This document shows, piece after piece, positions 49,102 to 58,618 of a stretch of 64,000 bases of DNA. The notes beneath the pieces are model-generated. The model saw only the letters and a program-made list of their open reading frames with translations, made no database searches and was not told where the DNA came from. Numbering within the stretch: the first letter of the stretch is position 1; each line of letters begins with the position of its first letter. The position numbers and the translations under genes were made by a program. Origin of the DNA: Candidatus Limnocylindria bacterium (GTDB taxonomy: Bacteria; Chloroflexota; Limnocylindria; QHBO01); NCBI GenBank assembly GCA_038255505.1, contig JBBSLF010000001.1, positions 2,549 through 66,548 on the forward strand, given 5' to 3'.

Positions 49102-49644
49102 TCACCGCCGCGCCAGGAGGGCGGCGAGATCCCGTAGCGCGCGATGCTGGAGTACCCTCACCGCACCCTCGCTGCGCCCGATGACGGCGCCGATCTCGCG
49201 CGCGCTCAACCCGTCGACGAATCGCAGCACGATCACCTGGCGACGATCCTCCGCAAGAAGGGCCACCGCGCGACGCACGGATCGCGCCACCTCGGCCTGC
49301 ACGAGCTCGGCCGCTGGGTCGCCCGACGCCGTCGGCTCCATGACCGCGTCCAGGGGCGCCGTCTGATGGCGGCTGCGCGCTCGTAGAGCGTTCGCCAGCT
49401 GGTTGTGCGCAATCCGGAACAGCCAGGCGCGGAACGTCGAGCCCTGGTCGCGATATCGGTCGATGGCTGCCAGCGCAGCCAGGAACGTGCGCTCCGTCGC
49501 GTCCTCAGCGTCGTGATGATCGCCGAGCAGATAGAAGCAGTAACCGTAAACGCGGTCGAGATAGCGGCGGTACAGCGTGCCGAATGCGGAATGGTCGACC
49601 TGGGCGGCGCGCACGTCGACCAGGTCGGGATCCGGATCACCCAT
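49102..49644 (-). CDS. ECF-subfamily RNA polymerase sigma factor
   Basis: Region 2 (YRRYLDRVYGYCF...DAEDATERTFLAALAAIDRYRDQGSTFRAWLFRIAHN) and region 4 (LAEDRRQVIVLRFVDGLSAREIGAVIGRSEGAVRV). ATG at 49642-49644. Confidence 0.8.
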   Translation of the reverse strand: MGDPDPDLVDVRAAQVDHSAFGTLYRRYLDRVYGYCFYLLGDHHDAEDATERTFLAALAAIDRYRDQGSTFRAWLFRIAHNQLANALRARSRHQTAPLDAVMEPTASGDPAAELVQAEVARSVRRAVALLAEDRRQVIVLRFVDGLSAREIGAVIGRSEGAVRVLQHRALRDLAALLARR

Positions 49645-49667
49645 GACCGCGCCCACGACGTCGACGC

Positions 49668-50465
49668 TCACGCCCGTACCATGCGACGGACCATCTCCAC
49701 GTCCCCGCCCGTGACCGAGATCCGTCCGGCCGAGGTCTCCACCACCAGCGCTCCCGTGTCGTCCACCTCGACCGCACGGCCCTCCACCCGACCGGCCTGT
49801 GTCTCGATGCTCACGAATGCGCCCAGCGTCGCGCACACGGTGCGATACCGGACGAGCGGAGACCCTCCGTCCTCGACAGCCACGAGCTCGCGCTCGAGAC
49901 CGTCGAGCACGGAACGCAGGAGCGCCACGCGGTCGACATCGGCTCCAAGGAGGTCCGCCAGCGAGGTGGCGAATGCTGCGAGCTCCACTGGCATCTCATC
50001 GCGGCGCCAGTTCACGTTGAGTCCGATGCCGACGACGGCTCCGCTCAACCGTTCGCCATCGATCACGGTCTCGATCAGCAGGCCACCGAGCTTCCGCCCA
50101 TCGCTCGCGACAAGATCGTTCGGCCACTTCAACGCGACCGATGGATCGAGGGCCGCGCACGCGCCGTGGACGGCCAGGCCCACGGCCAGGCCGAGCTGCC
50201 ATCCGTCGACGGCGGCGAGCCGCGGATGCATCGGGACGCTGAAGGTCAGATTTCGACCGGGTGGCGATTGCCACGTACGCCCGCGACGGCCTCGGCCAGC
50301 CACCTGTTCCTCGGCGATGACGACGCTGCCCGGCCCACCCGGCATGACGAGCAGGTCGCGAGCCCGGTCATTCGTGGACCCGATGCGTTCATGCACCTCG
50401 ATCGCGTGGCCGATCCGAGCGTGGAGACGCACTGCGGCGGTCCAGGGGTCGACGGCGTCGGGCAT
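49668..50465 (-). CDS. birA: Biotin--[acetyl-CoA-carboxylase] ligase
   Basis: GRGRRGRTWQSP and KWPNDL motifs. ATG at 50463-50465. Remainder of the 591-aa ORF is antisense to trpS. Confidence 0.8.
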   Translation of the reverse strand: MPDAVDPWTAAVRLHARIGHAIEVHERIGSTNDRARDLLVMPGGPGSVVIAEEQVAGRGRRGRTWQSPPGRNLTFSVPMHPRLAAVDGWQLGLAVGLAVHGACAALDPSVALKWPNDLVASDGRKLGGLLIETVIDGERLSGAVVGIGLNVNWRRDEMPVELAAFATSLADLLGADVDRVALLRSVLDGLERELVAVEDGGSPLVRYRTVCATLGAFVSIETQAGRVEGRAVEVDDTGALVVETSAGRISVTGGDVEMVRRMVRA

Positions 50466-50504
50466 CGGTCCACGATAGCAGCGTGGGTTACACTCGCCGA
50501 CGGT

Positions 50505-51524
50505 ATGAGCCAGCCCCCCGCGGCGCCCGCCGACGCCGGCGAGCGCCTTTTCACCGGCATTCAGCCCTCCGGCGCATCGCACCTCGGCAACTACCTCGGC
50601 GCGCAGGCCAACTACGTGGCGCTCCAGGACCGGTACGAGGCGATTTACGCCATCGTCGATTACCACGCGCTGACCACGGTCCATGACGGCGAGACTCTCC
50701 GCGGCCTCACTCACGAGATGGTGCTGGACATGCTCGCCGTCGGGCTCGACCCGACGCGCTGCGCCATCGTCCGCCAGTCCGACCTTCCCGAGCATGCCGA
50801 GCTGTGCTGGATCTTCGACACGGTCGTGCCCGTCAGCTGGCTCGAGCGCAATCCGACCTATAAGGCCGCCCTGGCCGAGGGCAAGGAGAACAGCGCGGGG
50901 CTCCTGAACTACCCGGTCCTGCAGGCGGCCGACATCGTGATCTACAAGGCCACAATCGTGCCCGTCGGGCGGGACCAGCAGGCGCACCTCGAGTTGTCCC
51001 GTGAGATCGTGCGCGCCTTCAATCGGCGATATGGCGAGATCTTCGCCGAACCACGAGCGGTCCATACCGATGCGTCCGTTGTGCTCGGCACTGATGGCAA
51101 GCGCAAGATGGGCAAGAGCGCCGGAAACACGATCCCGATCTTTGCCGAGCCCGATGAGATTCGACGCCTCGTGATGAGCATGGTGACCGACCCGCTGCGC
51201 ATCAAGCGCACCGACCCGGGGCGTCCGGAGGTGTGCAACGTGTGCCAGTTGCATCGGTTCTTCGGCGGCGACTACCTCGAGATCCACGATGGGGAGCGCA
51301 CGGCGCGCACCGGATGCGTCGATACCAAGAAATTGCTGGCTGAGCGGATCATCGAGTTCTTTCGCCCCATGCGTGACCGGCGCCGAGAGCTCGCGGCCGA
51401 TGCGGCCATCGTGGAGGAGACGCTCGCCGCCGGCGCGGCCCATGTCCGGCCGCTGCTGGCGGCGACGATGGCCGAGGTCAAGGCTGCGGTCGGGATCGGT
51501 CCGCGACAGAAGGCCGGAGCGTGA
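50505..51524 (+). CDS. trpS: Tryptophan--tRNA ligase
   Basis: FTGIQPSGASHLGNY (HIGH-type) and KMGKS (KMSKS) motifs. ATG at 50505. Confidence 0.85.
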   Translation: MSQPPAAPADAGERLFTGIQPSGASHLGNYLGAQANYVALQDRYEAIYAIVDYHALTTVHDGETLRGLTHEMVLDMLAVGLDPTRCAIVRQSDLPEHAELCWIFDTVVPVSWLERNPTYKAALAEGKENSAGLLNYPVLQAADIVIYKATIVPVGRDQQAHLELSREIVRAFNRRYGEIFAEPRAVHTDASVVLGTDGKRKMGKSAGNTIPIFAEPDEIRRLVMSMVTDPLRIKRTDPGRPEVCNVCQLHRFFGGDYLEIHDGERTARTGCVDTKKLLAERIIEFFRPMRDRRRELAADAAIVEETLAAGAAHVRPLLAATMAEVKAAVGIGPRQKAGA

Positions 51525-52777
51525 CAGGAGCCATTTCGGGGCTGGGAACGCGCGAACGTCGCTGGCTCGTCATCTTCCTTGTCCTCGGCAGCGCGTACTT
51601 CGGCTTCCTCCTCGCCGAGCGCCTGCTGGGATTCGTGGTCGGCTTCGCCTCCATCGGCCTGATCCTGTTCCTCGCCTGGCTCCTGTCCTTCGTGATGTCC
51701 CCCGTGGTGGAATGGCTGGCGGCGCGGCTGGAGATGCCCAGGCCGGCCATCGTGGCCGGGACGTACCTGCTGGCGCTCGTCGTGTTCGGTTTCATCCTCT
51801 TCTACACCGGCGCGGCCATCACGCAGCAGGTGGCTGACCTCGCCGAGAACTACCCGCAGACGGAGCGTGACATCCTCGCCGTCCTGGCCGACTGGGAGCG
51901 GGGCCTTCAGCTTGGACGCCAGCGCATCGACCTCGCGGAGCTGTACGCCGGGGCGGTGGCGCAGGTGGGGCGGCTGGGCGGCGAGATCGTCGAGCAGGCG
52001 CAGGCCATCGCCGGAGTGACGATCGCGGCACTCGGCTCGCTCCTGCTCATCATCGTCCTGTCGCTGTACATGCTCATGGACTCGAAGCGCATCCTGGCCC
52101 GCCTGCGGGCCGCCGTGCCGCGCCGCTATACCGACGAGGTAAACCTGCTCGAACGAAGCATCGTCCGCGCCTTCGGGGGGTTCCTCCGGGCTCAGCTCAT
52201 CCTGGCCGCGATGCAGGCGCTGCTCGTGGGCGTGATCGGCACCATCTTCGGCATTCCCTACCTGTTCCTGTGGGGCACGATCAGCGCGCTCGCAATGCTG
52301 ATCCCGTTCTTCGGACCGCCGCTCGCGCTGGTGCCGCCGATCCTCGGCGCTGCGCTCTTCACCGATGGAGGGTTCATCCCGGTCACCATCATCCTGGTTG
52401 GTGTTCAGACCGTGCTCGTGAACTGGCTACAGCCGAGGCTCATGCAGGGAGCGCTGGGCCTCCATCCGATCCTCGTCCTGGTGGCCCTGCTCATCGGCGC
52501 GCAGGTCGCAGGTGTTTGGGGGGCTCTGTTCGGCATCCCGGTTGTGGCGGTCCTATGGGTCTTCGTCAGCTATGCTGTCTTCCGCACCGTCCCCAATGCC
52601 GCGCTGCCGGAGGACGAGCGGCTCACCGACGTCGACCAGCATGTCATGGTCAGCGTCGAGAAGGACCAGGTGGGCGACGAGACCCACCCGCACATCCACG
52701 TGACGCGCACCCGTCGACCCGACGGCAGCGAGCAGGTCGAGATTCGTACCGATCCGATCCCGCGCCCCGAGCCCTGA
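51521..52777 (+). CDS. AI-2E (PerM/YdiK, UPF0118) family transporter
   Basis: GTG overlapping the trpS stop. About 8 TM segments with the family-typical central loop. Confidence 0.75.
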   Translation: MTGAISGLGTRERRWLVIFLVLGSAYFGFLLAERLLGFVVGFASIGLILFLAWLLSFVMSPVVEWLAARLEMPRPAIVAGTYLLALVVFGFILFYTGAAITQQVADLAENYPQTERDILAVLADWERGLQLGRQRIDLAELYAGAVAQVGRLGGEIVEQAQAIAGVTIAALGSLLLIIVLSLYMLMDSKRILARLRAAVPRRYTDEVNLLERSIVRAFGGFLRAQLILAAMQALLVGVIGTIFGIPYLFLWGTISALAMLIPFFGPPLALVPPILGAALFTDGGFIPVTIILVGVQTVLVNWLQPRLMQGALGLHPILVLVALLIGAQVAGVWGALFGIPVVAVLWVFVSYAVFRTVPNAALPEDERLTDVDQHVMVSVEKDQVGDETHPHIHVTRTRRPDGSEQVEIRTDPIPRPEP

Positions 52778-52806
52778 TCCCCGATCCGGGGGGCCAGGCC
52801 CGATCC

Positions 52807-53025
52807 TCAGCGGCTGCGGCTCTCGCCAGGACGGCTGTCCTTGTGCTGAACACGAATGCGCTTGTTGCGCTCCAGCTCGCGCCCGTGACTGTTAGCGAGC
52901 GCCCGAGCCGCCGCGATGTTCGGCATGAGCAGATGGCCCTCGGTGTCATCGGTGGCATCCGACGGCCCCGATGACGTTTCTTCGACCTGATCGTCCGCCG
53001 CGTGCTTGTCAGCCATGATCGTCAC
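52807..53025 (-). CDS. Hypothetical small acidic protein (72 aa)
   Basis: ORF with protein-like composition. No motif recognised. Confidence 0.3.
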   Translation of the reverse strand: MTIMADKHAADDQVEETSSGPSDATDDTEGHLLMPNIAAARALANSHGRELERNKRIRVQHKDSRPGESRSR

Positions 53026-53163
53026 TCCGTGCTCGGACCCACAGCGGCATCTCCGCTCCGATCCGACTTCTAGTCAGAGAGTGACGGGTCGCCCCTTTCG
53101 TCGTCAACACCCAACCGGACACCAACCCTGTCAACCAACCGACACCTCGAACACCGGCTGAGC

Positions 53164-53961
53164 TCAGCGCGGAAGATGCGGGACGAGGACCCGCCGTCCC
53201 CCTTCGGTGACGACGCTCTCGACGGCAACTCCGTACGCGTGCCGGACGACATCGGGCTGAAGCGCCTCGTCGGGCGGTCCGTCCGCGATGATGCGCCCCG
53301 TATCCAGGACGACGACCCGCGGTGCCCACATGCTCGCGAGGACAAGGTCATGAAGGACCACGACCACGGTCACTCCACGGAGCTGGTGGAGCCGCGAGAC
53401 GCGAGAGAGCAGCCATGTGGCATGCGCGACGTCCAGATGCGTCGTCGGCTCATCCATGAGAAGGAGCGTCGGCTCCTGGGCGAGCGCAAGGGCGACGAGC
53501 ACGCGCTGGCGTTCACCTCCCGACAGCTCGGACACCGGTCTATCCGCCAGTTCCTCCGCATCGGCATCTCGAAGGGCGTCAGCGACGGCTCGCTGGTCGT
53601 CGGCCTTCCAGCCGAACCACCGTCCCGCATGCGGGGTGCGGCCCATGGCCACGACCTCCGAGACCCGAAACCCAGCGGGCAGCTCCAGCGACTGTGGCAG
53701 GACGGCCACCGATCGCGCGATCTCGGCTCGCGGCCAGCCCTGCATGGGACGGCCGTACAGCTCAACGCTTCCGGCAGTCGGTCGAATCGTGCCGGCCATG
53801 ACCCCGAGCAACGTGGTCTTGCCGCTGCCGTTCGCCCCAAGGAGCGCCAGCATCTCCCCCCCGTGGAGATCGAGGTCAACTCGATCGAGGACGCGCCGGA
53901 TTCCGGCAGCGCCGCGATAGCCGGCCTCGACCGCACGGAGGCGGACGACTGACTCGCTCAC
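53164..53961 (-). CDS. btuD: ABC transporter ATP-binding protein, iron-siderophore/cobalamin type
   Basis: Walker A GANGSGKTTLL, signature LSGGERQRV, Walker B LLLMDEPTTHLD. GTG overlapping the permease stop (GTGA). Symbol inferred from the riboswitch. Confidence 0.75.
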   Translation of the reverse strand: MSESVVRLRAVEAGYRGAAGIRRVLDRVDLDLHGGEMLALLGANGSGKTTLLGVMAGTIRPTAGSVELYGRPMQGWPRAEIARSVAVLPQSLELPAGFRVSEVVAMGRTPHAGRWFGWKADDQRAVADALRDADAEELADRPVSELSGGERQRVLVALALAQEPTLLLMDEPTTHLDVAHATWLLSRVSRLHQLRGVTVVVVLHDLVLASMWAPRVVVLDTGRIIADGPPDEALQPDVVRHAYGVAVESVVTEGGRRVLVPHLPR

Positions 53962-55031
53962 CGACCGACTCGCACGCCGACAACGCTGCGTCGCAACAGC
54001 CACAGGAAGACTGGGGCGCCGCTGAGGGCGGTGACGCCGCCCACCGGGATGCCGCCGGCCAGGCGTGCTCCGAGGTCGGCCAGCACCAGCAGGCCTGCGC
54101 CGTACAGCATGCTGGCCGGCAATAGCAGCCGATGGTCGGGGCCGATGGCAAGGCGCACCAGGTGTGGCACGACGAGTCCCACGAAGCCGATCGTGCCCGA
54201 GATGGCGACTCCCGCCGAGGTGGAGAGCGCCGCCAGACCGGTCAGAATGCGCTTCTCGCGCTCGACGTCCACGCCCAGATGAGCGGCCTGCGCTTCCCCG
54301 AGCAGGAGTGCGTTGAGGCGTCGCCAGCGAAGCAGGAGCAACGAGAAGCTGATCACGATGAGGGGCGCCGCGAAGGCGACTCGCGGCCACGACGCGCCAG
54401 CGAGCGATCCGAGCAGCCAGCTGATGACCGCCGCAAGGCGCTCACCCGAGTTGAAGATCAGCAGCGCGACGCCGGCCGCCAGGAGCGATGACACTGCGTA
54501 GCCGGCCAGCAGCAGCGTCACGGCCGGAGTGCCGCCCCGTCCTCGAGCGATGAGGAACACCACCAGCACGGTTACCAGCCCTCCGGCGAACGCGAAGAGC
54601 TGGACCAGGCCGATCCCAAGCCAGCCCACCGACGCGACCGGAACCAACAGCAGCGCCGTGACGGCCCCCAGGGACGCTCCGGCCGCTGGGCCGATGATGT
54701 ACGGGTCGGCCATCGGGTTGCGCAGCAGCGCCTGGAAGACCGTGCCGGCACACGCGAGGCCGGCGCCGACGACCATGCCGGCCACGATGCGCGGGAGCCG
54801 CAGCTCCCACACGATCGTCTCGGTCGAAGCGGGCCAGGTGACCGGCCCGATTCCGGTCAGCTGGTACAGCAGGATGGCAACGGCGTCGCCGATGCTGATG
54901 CCGCTGGTGCCGAAGACGAGCGCCGCGCCTGCGGCGATCACGAGGAGCGCGGTGCCGCCACCCAGCACCAAGGTCGTTCGACCCGGTGACGGGCCGAACG
55001 CGATTGGCCGGGCCACGGTCGTGGCACTCAT
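53958..55031 (-). CDS. btuC: FecCD-family ABC permease (BtuC-like)
   Basis: FecCD-type polytopic permease. ATG at 55029-55031. Confidence 0.75.
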   Translation of the reverse strand: MSATTVARPIAFGPSPGRTTLVLGGGTALLVIAAGAALVFGTSGISIGDAVAILLYQLTGIGPVTWPASTETIVWELRLPRIVAGMVVGAGLACAGTVFQALLRNPMADPYIIGPAAGASLGAVTALLLVPVASVGWLGIGLVQLFAFAGGLVTVLVVFLIARGRGGTPAVTLLLAGYAVSSLLAAGVALLIFNSGERLAAVISWLLGSLAGASWPRVAFAAPLIVISFSLLLLRWRRLNALLLGEAQAAHLGVDVEREKRILTGLAALSTSAGVAISGTIGFVGLVVPHLVRLAIGPDHRLLLPASMLYGAGLLVLADLGARLAGGIPVGGVTALSGAPVFLWLLRRSVVGVRVGR

Positions 55032-55036
55032 GCGGA

Positions 55037-56041
55037 TTACTCGAAGCTGTCCGGATGGATCGCGCGCGCCAGGGCCTCGAGGCCATCGACGATCCTCGGG
55101 CCCGGACGCGTGGTGACTATGTCGTCGAGGTACGGAATCACCGCACCGTCGCGAACGGCGGACAGGTCGGCCCACCCGGCGCGAGCGCGGACCGCCCCCA
55201 GCGCGGCTTCGGAATCACTCAACGATGGGTCATACGACGCCGTGCCGAGCAGGACGAGCTCCGGGTCAGCGGCGACCAGGTCCTCGGCACCGATCACGCC
55301 CTGCGCGTCCCCGGTCAGCGGCGTCGCCCCCGCCAGGTCAAGCAACGAGGCAAGGAAGGATCCCTGCCCGGCCGTATACGTCGTTCCCTCGGAGTGGAAC
55401 ACTTCGTACAGGGTCAGCGGCCGCTCGACGCCTTCGACCGCAGCAACGAGGTCGGCCACGCGGCCCTCCATGCCGTTCACCAGCTCGGCGGCCTCCGACC
55501 GCCGGTCGAGCGCCGCCCCCATCAGTTCGATATCGGCATAGACCTCGTCGAGGGTCTCGGGATACAGGATCAGAACGGGGAGCTCGAGTGCGTCGAGCTG
55601 TTCGATGACGGCCGACGGCGTGAGCTCGTTCCCGGCGGCGAGGATGAGATCAGGCTCGGCGGCGACCACCAGCTCGACGTCCACCGAGGCCGCGATCACA
55701 ACGGCATCGACATCGACCACCTCGGGCGGGAAGTCATCAAAGTCGGTGACGCCGACAAGGCGGTCGCAGGCGCCGAGCGCGCAGACGATCTCGGTATTCG
55801 ACGGGGCCAGGCTGACGATCCGGCGCGGCGAAGCATCGAGGACCAGCTCCCGACCAGCGTCATCGGTCAGGGTGACCGGGAACGACTCTGCGACGGCCGA
55901 CGGCACGAGGCTAGCCGTGGCTGTCGTGGGATCCGCCGATGCTGTCGGTGCTGAGCCGGGGGGCGCCGCACAGGCGGAGGTGAGGAGAAGAAGGAGGAGG
56001 AGGAGGAGGAAAACAGGACGCGGAGGGCGAAACAGTGCCAT
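55037..56041 (-). CDS. btuF: Periplasmic-binding lipoprotein, cluster-A/BtuF-like (cobalamin or siderophore binding)
   Basis: Poly-Leu signal then lipobox LLLTSAC. Class III binding-protein fold features. Directly downstream of a cobalamin riboswitch. Confidence 0.75.
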   Translation of the reverse strand: MALFRPPRPVFLLLLLLLLLTSACAAPPGSAPTASADPTTATASLVPSAVAESFPVTLTDDAGRELVLDASPRRIVSLAPSNTEIVCALGACDRLVGVTDFDDFPPEVVDVDAVVIAASVDVELVVAAEPDLILAAGNELTPSAVIEQLDALELPVLILYPETLDEVYADIELMGAALDRRSEAAELVNGMEGRVADLVAAVEGVERPLTLYEVFHSEGTTYTAGQGSFLASLLDLAGATPLTGDAQGVIGAEDLVAADPELVLLGTASYDPSLSDSEAALGAVRARAGWADLSAVRDGAVIPYLDDIVTTRPGPRIVDGLEALARAIHPDSFE

Positions 56042-56074
56042 GAGGTGATGCCTTCCCTTTCACACGAGGGCGGT

Positions 56075-56262
56075 GACATCGCGATCTGGCTGGTCGACCT
56101 GGCTTTCGCGCCCCCATCAAGCGACAGGGCATGCGACTGGGCATGCGACTGGGCATGCGACTGGGGCGCGACTACAGTAGCGGGACTGCGCCGGCATCTC
56201 ACCGGCTTCGCCATTTACCCGTCCGCCTTTCGGGGACGGCACCGATCACTTCGTCTTCAGTT
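56075..56262 (-). ncRNA. Cobalamin (B12) riboswitch in the 5' leader of the btuFCD-like operon
   Basis: Minus-strand sequence reads GGUGCC...GCCGGUGAGAUGCCGGCGCAGUCCCGCUACUGUAG...AGCCAGGUCGACCAGCC. This matches the conserved GGUGCC, GGUGAAAxCC...CCCGCxACUGUAA core and the 3' B12-box AGCCAGGAGACCUGCC. It ends about 35 nt before the ATG. Confidence 0.6.
56127..56173. repeat. Tandem repeat, three perfect copies of GGGCATGCGACT plus a degenerate fourth. Lies inside the variable region of the cobalamin riboswitch.
   Basis: Seen in the sequence. Confidence 0.8.
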
Positions 56263-56549
56263 GACGCCGATGCTAGCACGCGTTGACGGCACGGGCGCCT
56301 GAACCTTCAGGGTGCTGCCGTCGTATTACTCTATGGTGGCCACGAATAGGGCAAACCGGTGGTTTCACCACAGTCACCGAGCGCGCAGGCGCCAGATGAC
56401 TCGGCCAGTTGATTGGGAGGGTTGCGACGTGCGTCGCGCACGGACTATGCTCCCCAACTTAATACGCGGGCAACAATGCCGGCGTGTAATATGCCCGCGT
56501 GCAAAATGCACCCAGAGAGAGGGAAATCGATGACAGCAGGGAATTATCG

Positions 56550-58499
56550 ATGACGACATTGAGCAGGAACGCGTCTTTTGTGCGCCTCTTCGTCCTCGTC
56601 GCCATCCTCGCCCTCGTGGCGACGGCCTGCGGTGACGCGGGAACCAGTACACCCGCCACCTCGGCAGGCTCAGACGCCTCGGAGGCCCCGGCTTCGGCAC
56701 CGGCATCCGACGATCCGGGCACCTCGGAGCCACCGGCCAGCGCAGGTACAGGCGGCGACCTCGGAACGTACACCCTGGGCATCTTCCAGGACATCACAAC
56801 CGACAACTACTGGAACTACCTCGATGCGGGAAGCACCGTCTGGAACCAGTACGTGCTTGGACCCAACCTCAACGCTGCCTACGCCACGGTGATGCCGGGT
56901 GGCGACCTCCAGCCGGACCTGGCGGATGGGGACCTCCCCGAGGTGACCGAGGATGGCGACGTGTGGATCGGTGAGTTCACGCTGCGCGACGACGTGCTGT
57001 GGTCGGACGGCGAGCAGCTCACTGCCGACGACGTGGTCTTCACCTGGCAGACCGCAGTCGACCTCGAGCTGGGGACCAACTGGCCCGACCTCGTGGACGC
57101 GGACATCGTGACCGCGGTCGAAGCCGTCGACGACCTCACCGTGCGCGTCACCTTCAACGCACAGCCGGGTCTGGGCCATTGGGGTCCGGGTTCGAGTGTG
57201 ACCACCATGCCCGTGCAGCCCGAACACTTCTGGGCTGACGTTGTAGAGGAAGCGCGTGCTTCTGACGATCCTGCCACGACACTGCTCGCCGCGTCAGGTG
57301 TAGGTGCCCCCGCCACCGGCCCGACGGTCTATGGCGAGCGCCAAGAGGGTAGCTTCGCCGCTACCACGGCGAACCCGAATTACTTCGACAATGGCGCGGA
57401 AATCTCATCTGGTGACGCCACGTGGACCGAGGGTCCGTACGCTGAGAACTTCCAGTTCCCGCTCTACGGCGGACAGGAAGCAGCAGTGCTGGCGCTGGCA
57501 GACGGTGAGGTTGACCTCCTGCTGAACCCGTTGGGAATGCAGCGAGGGTTCCAGGACCAGGTCACGGAGAATGCCGACCTGACAGCTGTCGTCAATCCGA
57601 CCAACGGCTATCGGTTCCTGGCGTTCAACCATACGCGTGCCCCCATGAGCCAGCCGGCCTTCCGTGATGCACTCACGGTACTCATCGACAAGGAGTTCGT
57701 TACCGAGAGCCTCTTGCAGGGAGTGGCCTTCCCGCTCTACGTCCTGCTCCCCGAGGGCAACAGCGCTTGGTACGACGCCGACATCGCCGGCGAGCTGGCC
57801 GAGGTCGGATATGCCGGAATGGAAACGGATGCGCGTCGCGCCGAGGCGATCAGTCTCCTGACCGAGGCCGGATACACCTGGGAGACCGCTCCCGGTTTCG
57901 CCGATGAGGATGGAGAAGTCTCCCCCGAACCGGGCGAAGGTCTCACCTTCTCGGCCGGTTCGGGCCTGATCGATCCCGACGGCGCCGCGGTCCCGCAGCT
58001 GGACATCTTGACGCCGACCGCGTCATACGACCCGCTGCGCTCGACCTTCGGTGCCTACATTTCCGGCGTTGCGCAGGAGATGGGGATACCGATCGTGTCC
58101 ATCCCGACCGACTTCAACAAGATCATCGATATCGTGTTCGCGGAAGAGGATCCCGACTTCGACATGTTCATCCTCGGATATTCTCTTGGGAGCCCGGCTT
58201 TCCCGGACTTCCACGGGGCGTTCTTCGGGACCGAAGGAGGATCGAACAACACGGGCTATTCCAACGCGGAATACGACGAACTCGTCGCCGCCTTCAGCTC
58301 TTCGCAGACGGTGGATGAGGCGTTCGGTCATCTGTGGGAGATGGAACGGATCATCGCCCGCGACAAGCCGCACATCCCGCTGTTCGATACCGGCATCCTG
58401 GAGTTCTACAACAACAGGGTCCAGTACCCGTTCACCGAGACGCTTTCCGGCCTGCAGTTCTTGTCTGGCCAACAGAGCGCTGTGACGCTCGCCGACTGA
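56550..58499 (+). CDS. Family-5 ABC substrate-binding lipoprotein (peptide/nickel/opine type, DppA/OppA/NikA-like)
   Basis: ATG at 56550, lipobox LVATACG, 649 aa with family-5 binding-protein features. Confidence 0.8.
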   Translation: MTTLSRNASFVRLFVLVAILALVATACGDAGTSTPATSAGSDASEAPASAPASDDPGTSEPPASAGTGGDLGTYTLGIFQDITTDNYWNYLDAGSTVWNQYVLGPNLNAAYATVMPGGDLQPDLADGDLPEVTEDGDVWIGEFTLRDDVLWSDGEQLTADDVVFTWQTAVDLELGTNWPDLVDADIVTAVEAVDDLTVRVTFNAQPGLGHWGPGSSVTTMPVQPEHFWADVVEEARASDDPATTLLAASGVGAPATGPTVYGERQEGSFAATTANPNYFDNGAEISSGDATWTEGPYAENFQFPLYGGQEAAVLALADGEVDLLLNPLGMQRGFQDQVTENADLTAVVNPTNGYRFLAFNHTRAPMSQPAFRDALTVLIDKEFVTESLLQGVAFPLYVLLPEGNSAWYDADIAGELAEVGYAGMETDARRAEAISLLTEAGYTWETAPGFADEDGEVSPEPGEGLTFSAGSGLIDPDGAAVPQLDILTPTASYDPLRSTFGAYISGVAQEMGIPIVSIPTDFNKIIDIVFAEEDPDFDMFILGYSLGSPAFPDFHGAFFGTEGGSNNTGYSNAEYDELVAAFSSSQTVDEAFGHLWEMERIIARDKPHIPLFDTGILEFYNNRVQYPFTETLSGLQFLSGQQSAVTLAD

Positions 58500-58517
58500 C
58501 CGACCTGTAGCTCAATC

Positions 58518-58548
58518 GGTGGGGGGCGGTTCGTGACCGCCCCCCACC
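58518..58548. terminator. Perfect 13-bp GC hairpin (GGTGGGGGGCGGT tcgtg ACCGCCCCCCACC) followed by a T-rich stretch. Attenuator/terminator between binding-protein and permease genes.
   Basis: Seen in the sequence. Confidence 0.5.
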
Positions 58549-58618
58549 GCTCGTTCACTTTCGTTGCCGTCAGCGAATCAACCGGTAAGGGGCCGAACGT
58601 GAGGAGTCACCTGCACAC

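Noticed and set aside
49668-51443. 591-aa minus-strand ORF
   Set aside because: Only the C-terminal 265 aa are BirA. The rest is antisense to trpS.
55990-56012. GGA/GGAGGA tandem run
   Set aside because: On the minus strand it encodes the poly-Leu core of the BtuF-like signal peptide (FLLLLLLLLLLT). It is coding, not a regulatory repeat.
56127-56173. Possible CRISPR-like array
   Set aside because: It is only three or four 12-nt units in direct tandem with no spacers, and it lies inside a riboswitch. This is not a CRISPR array.
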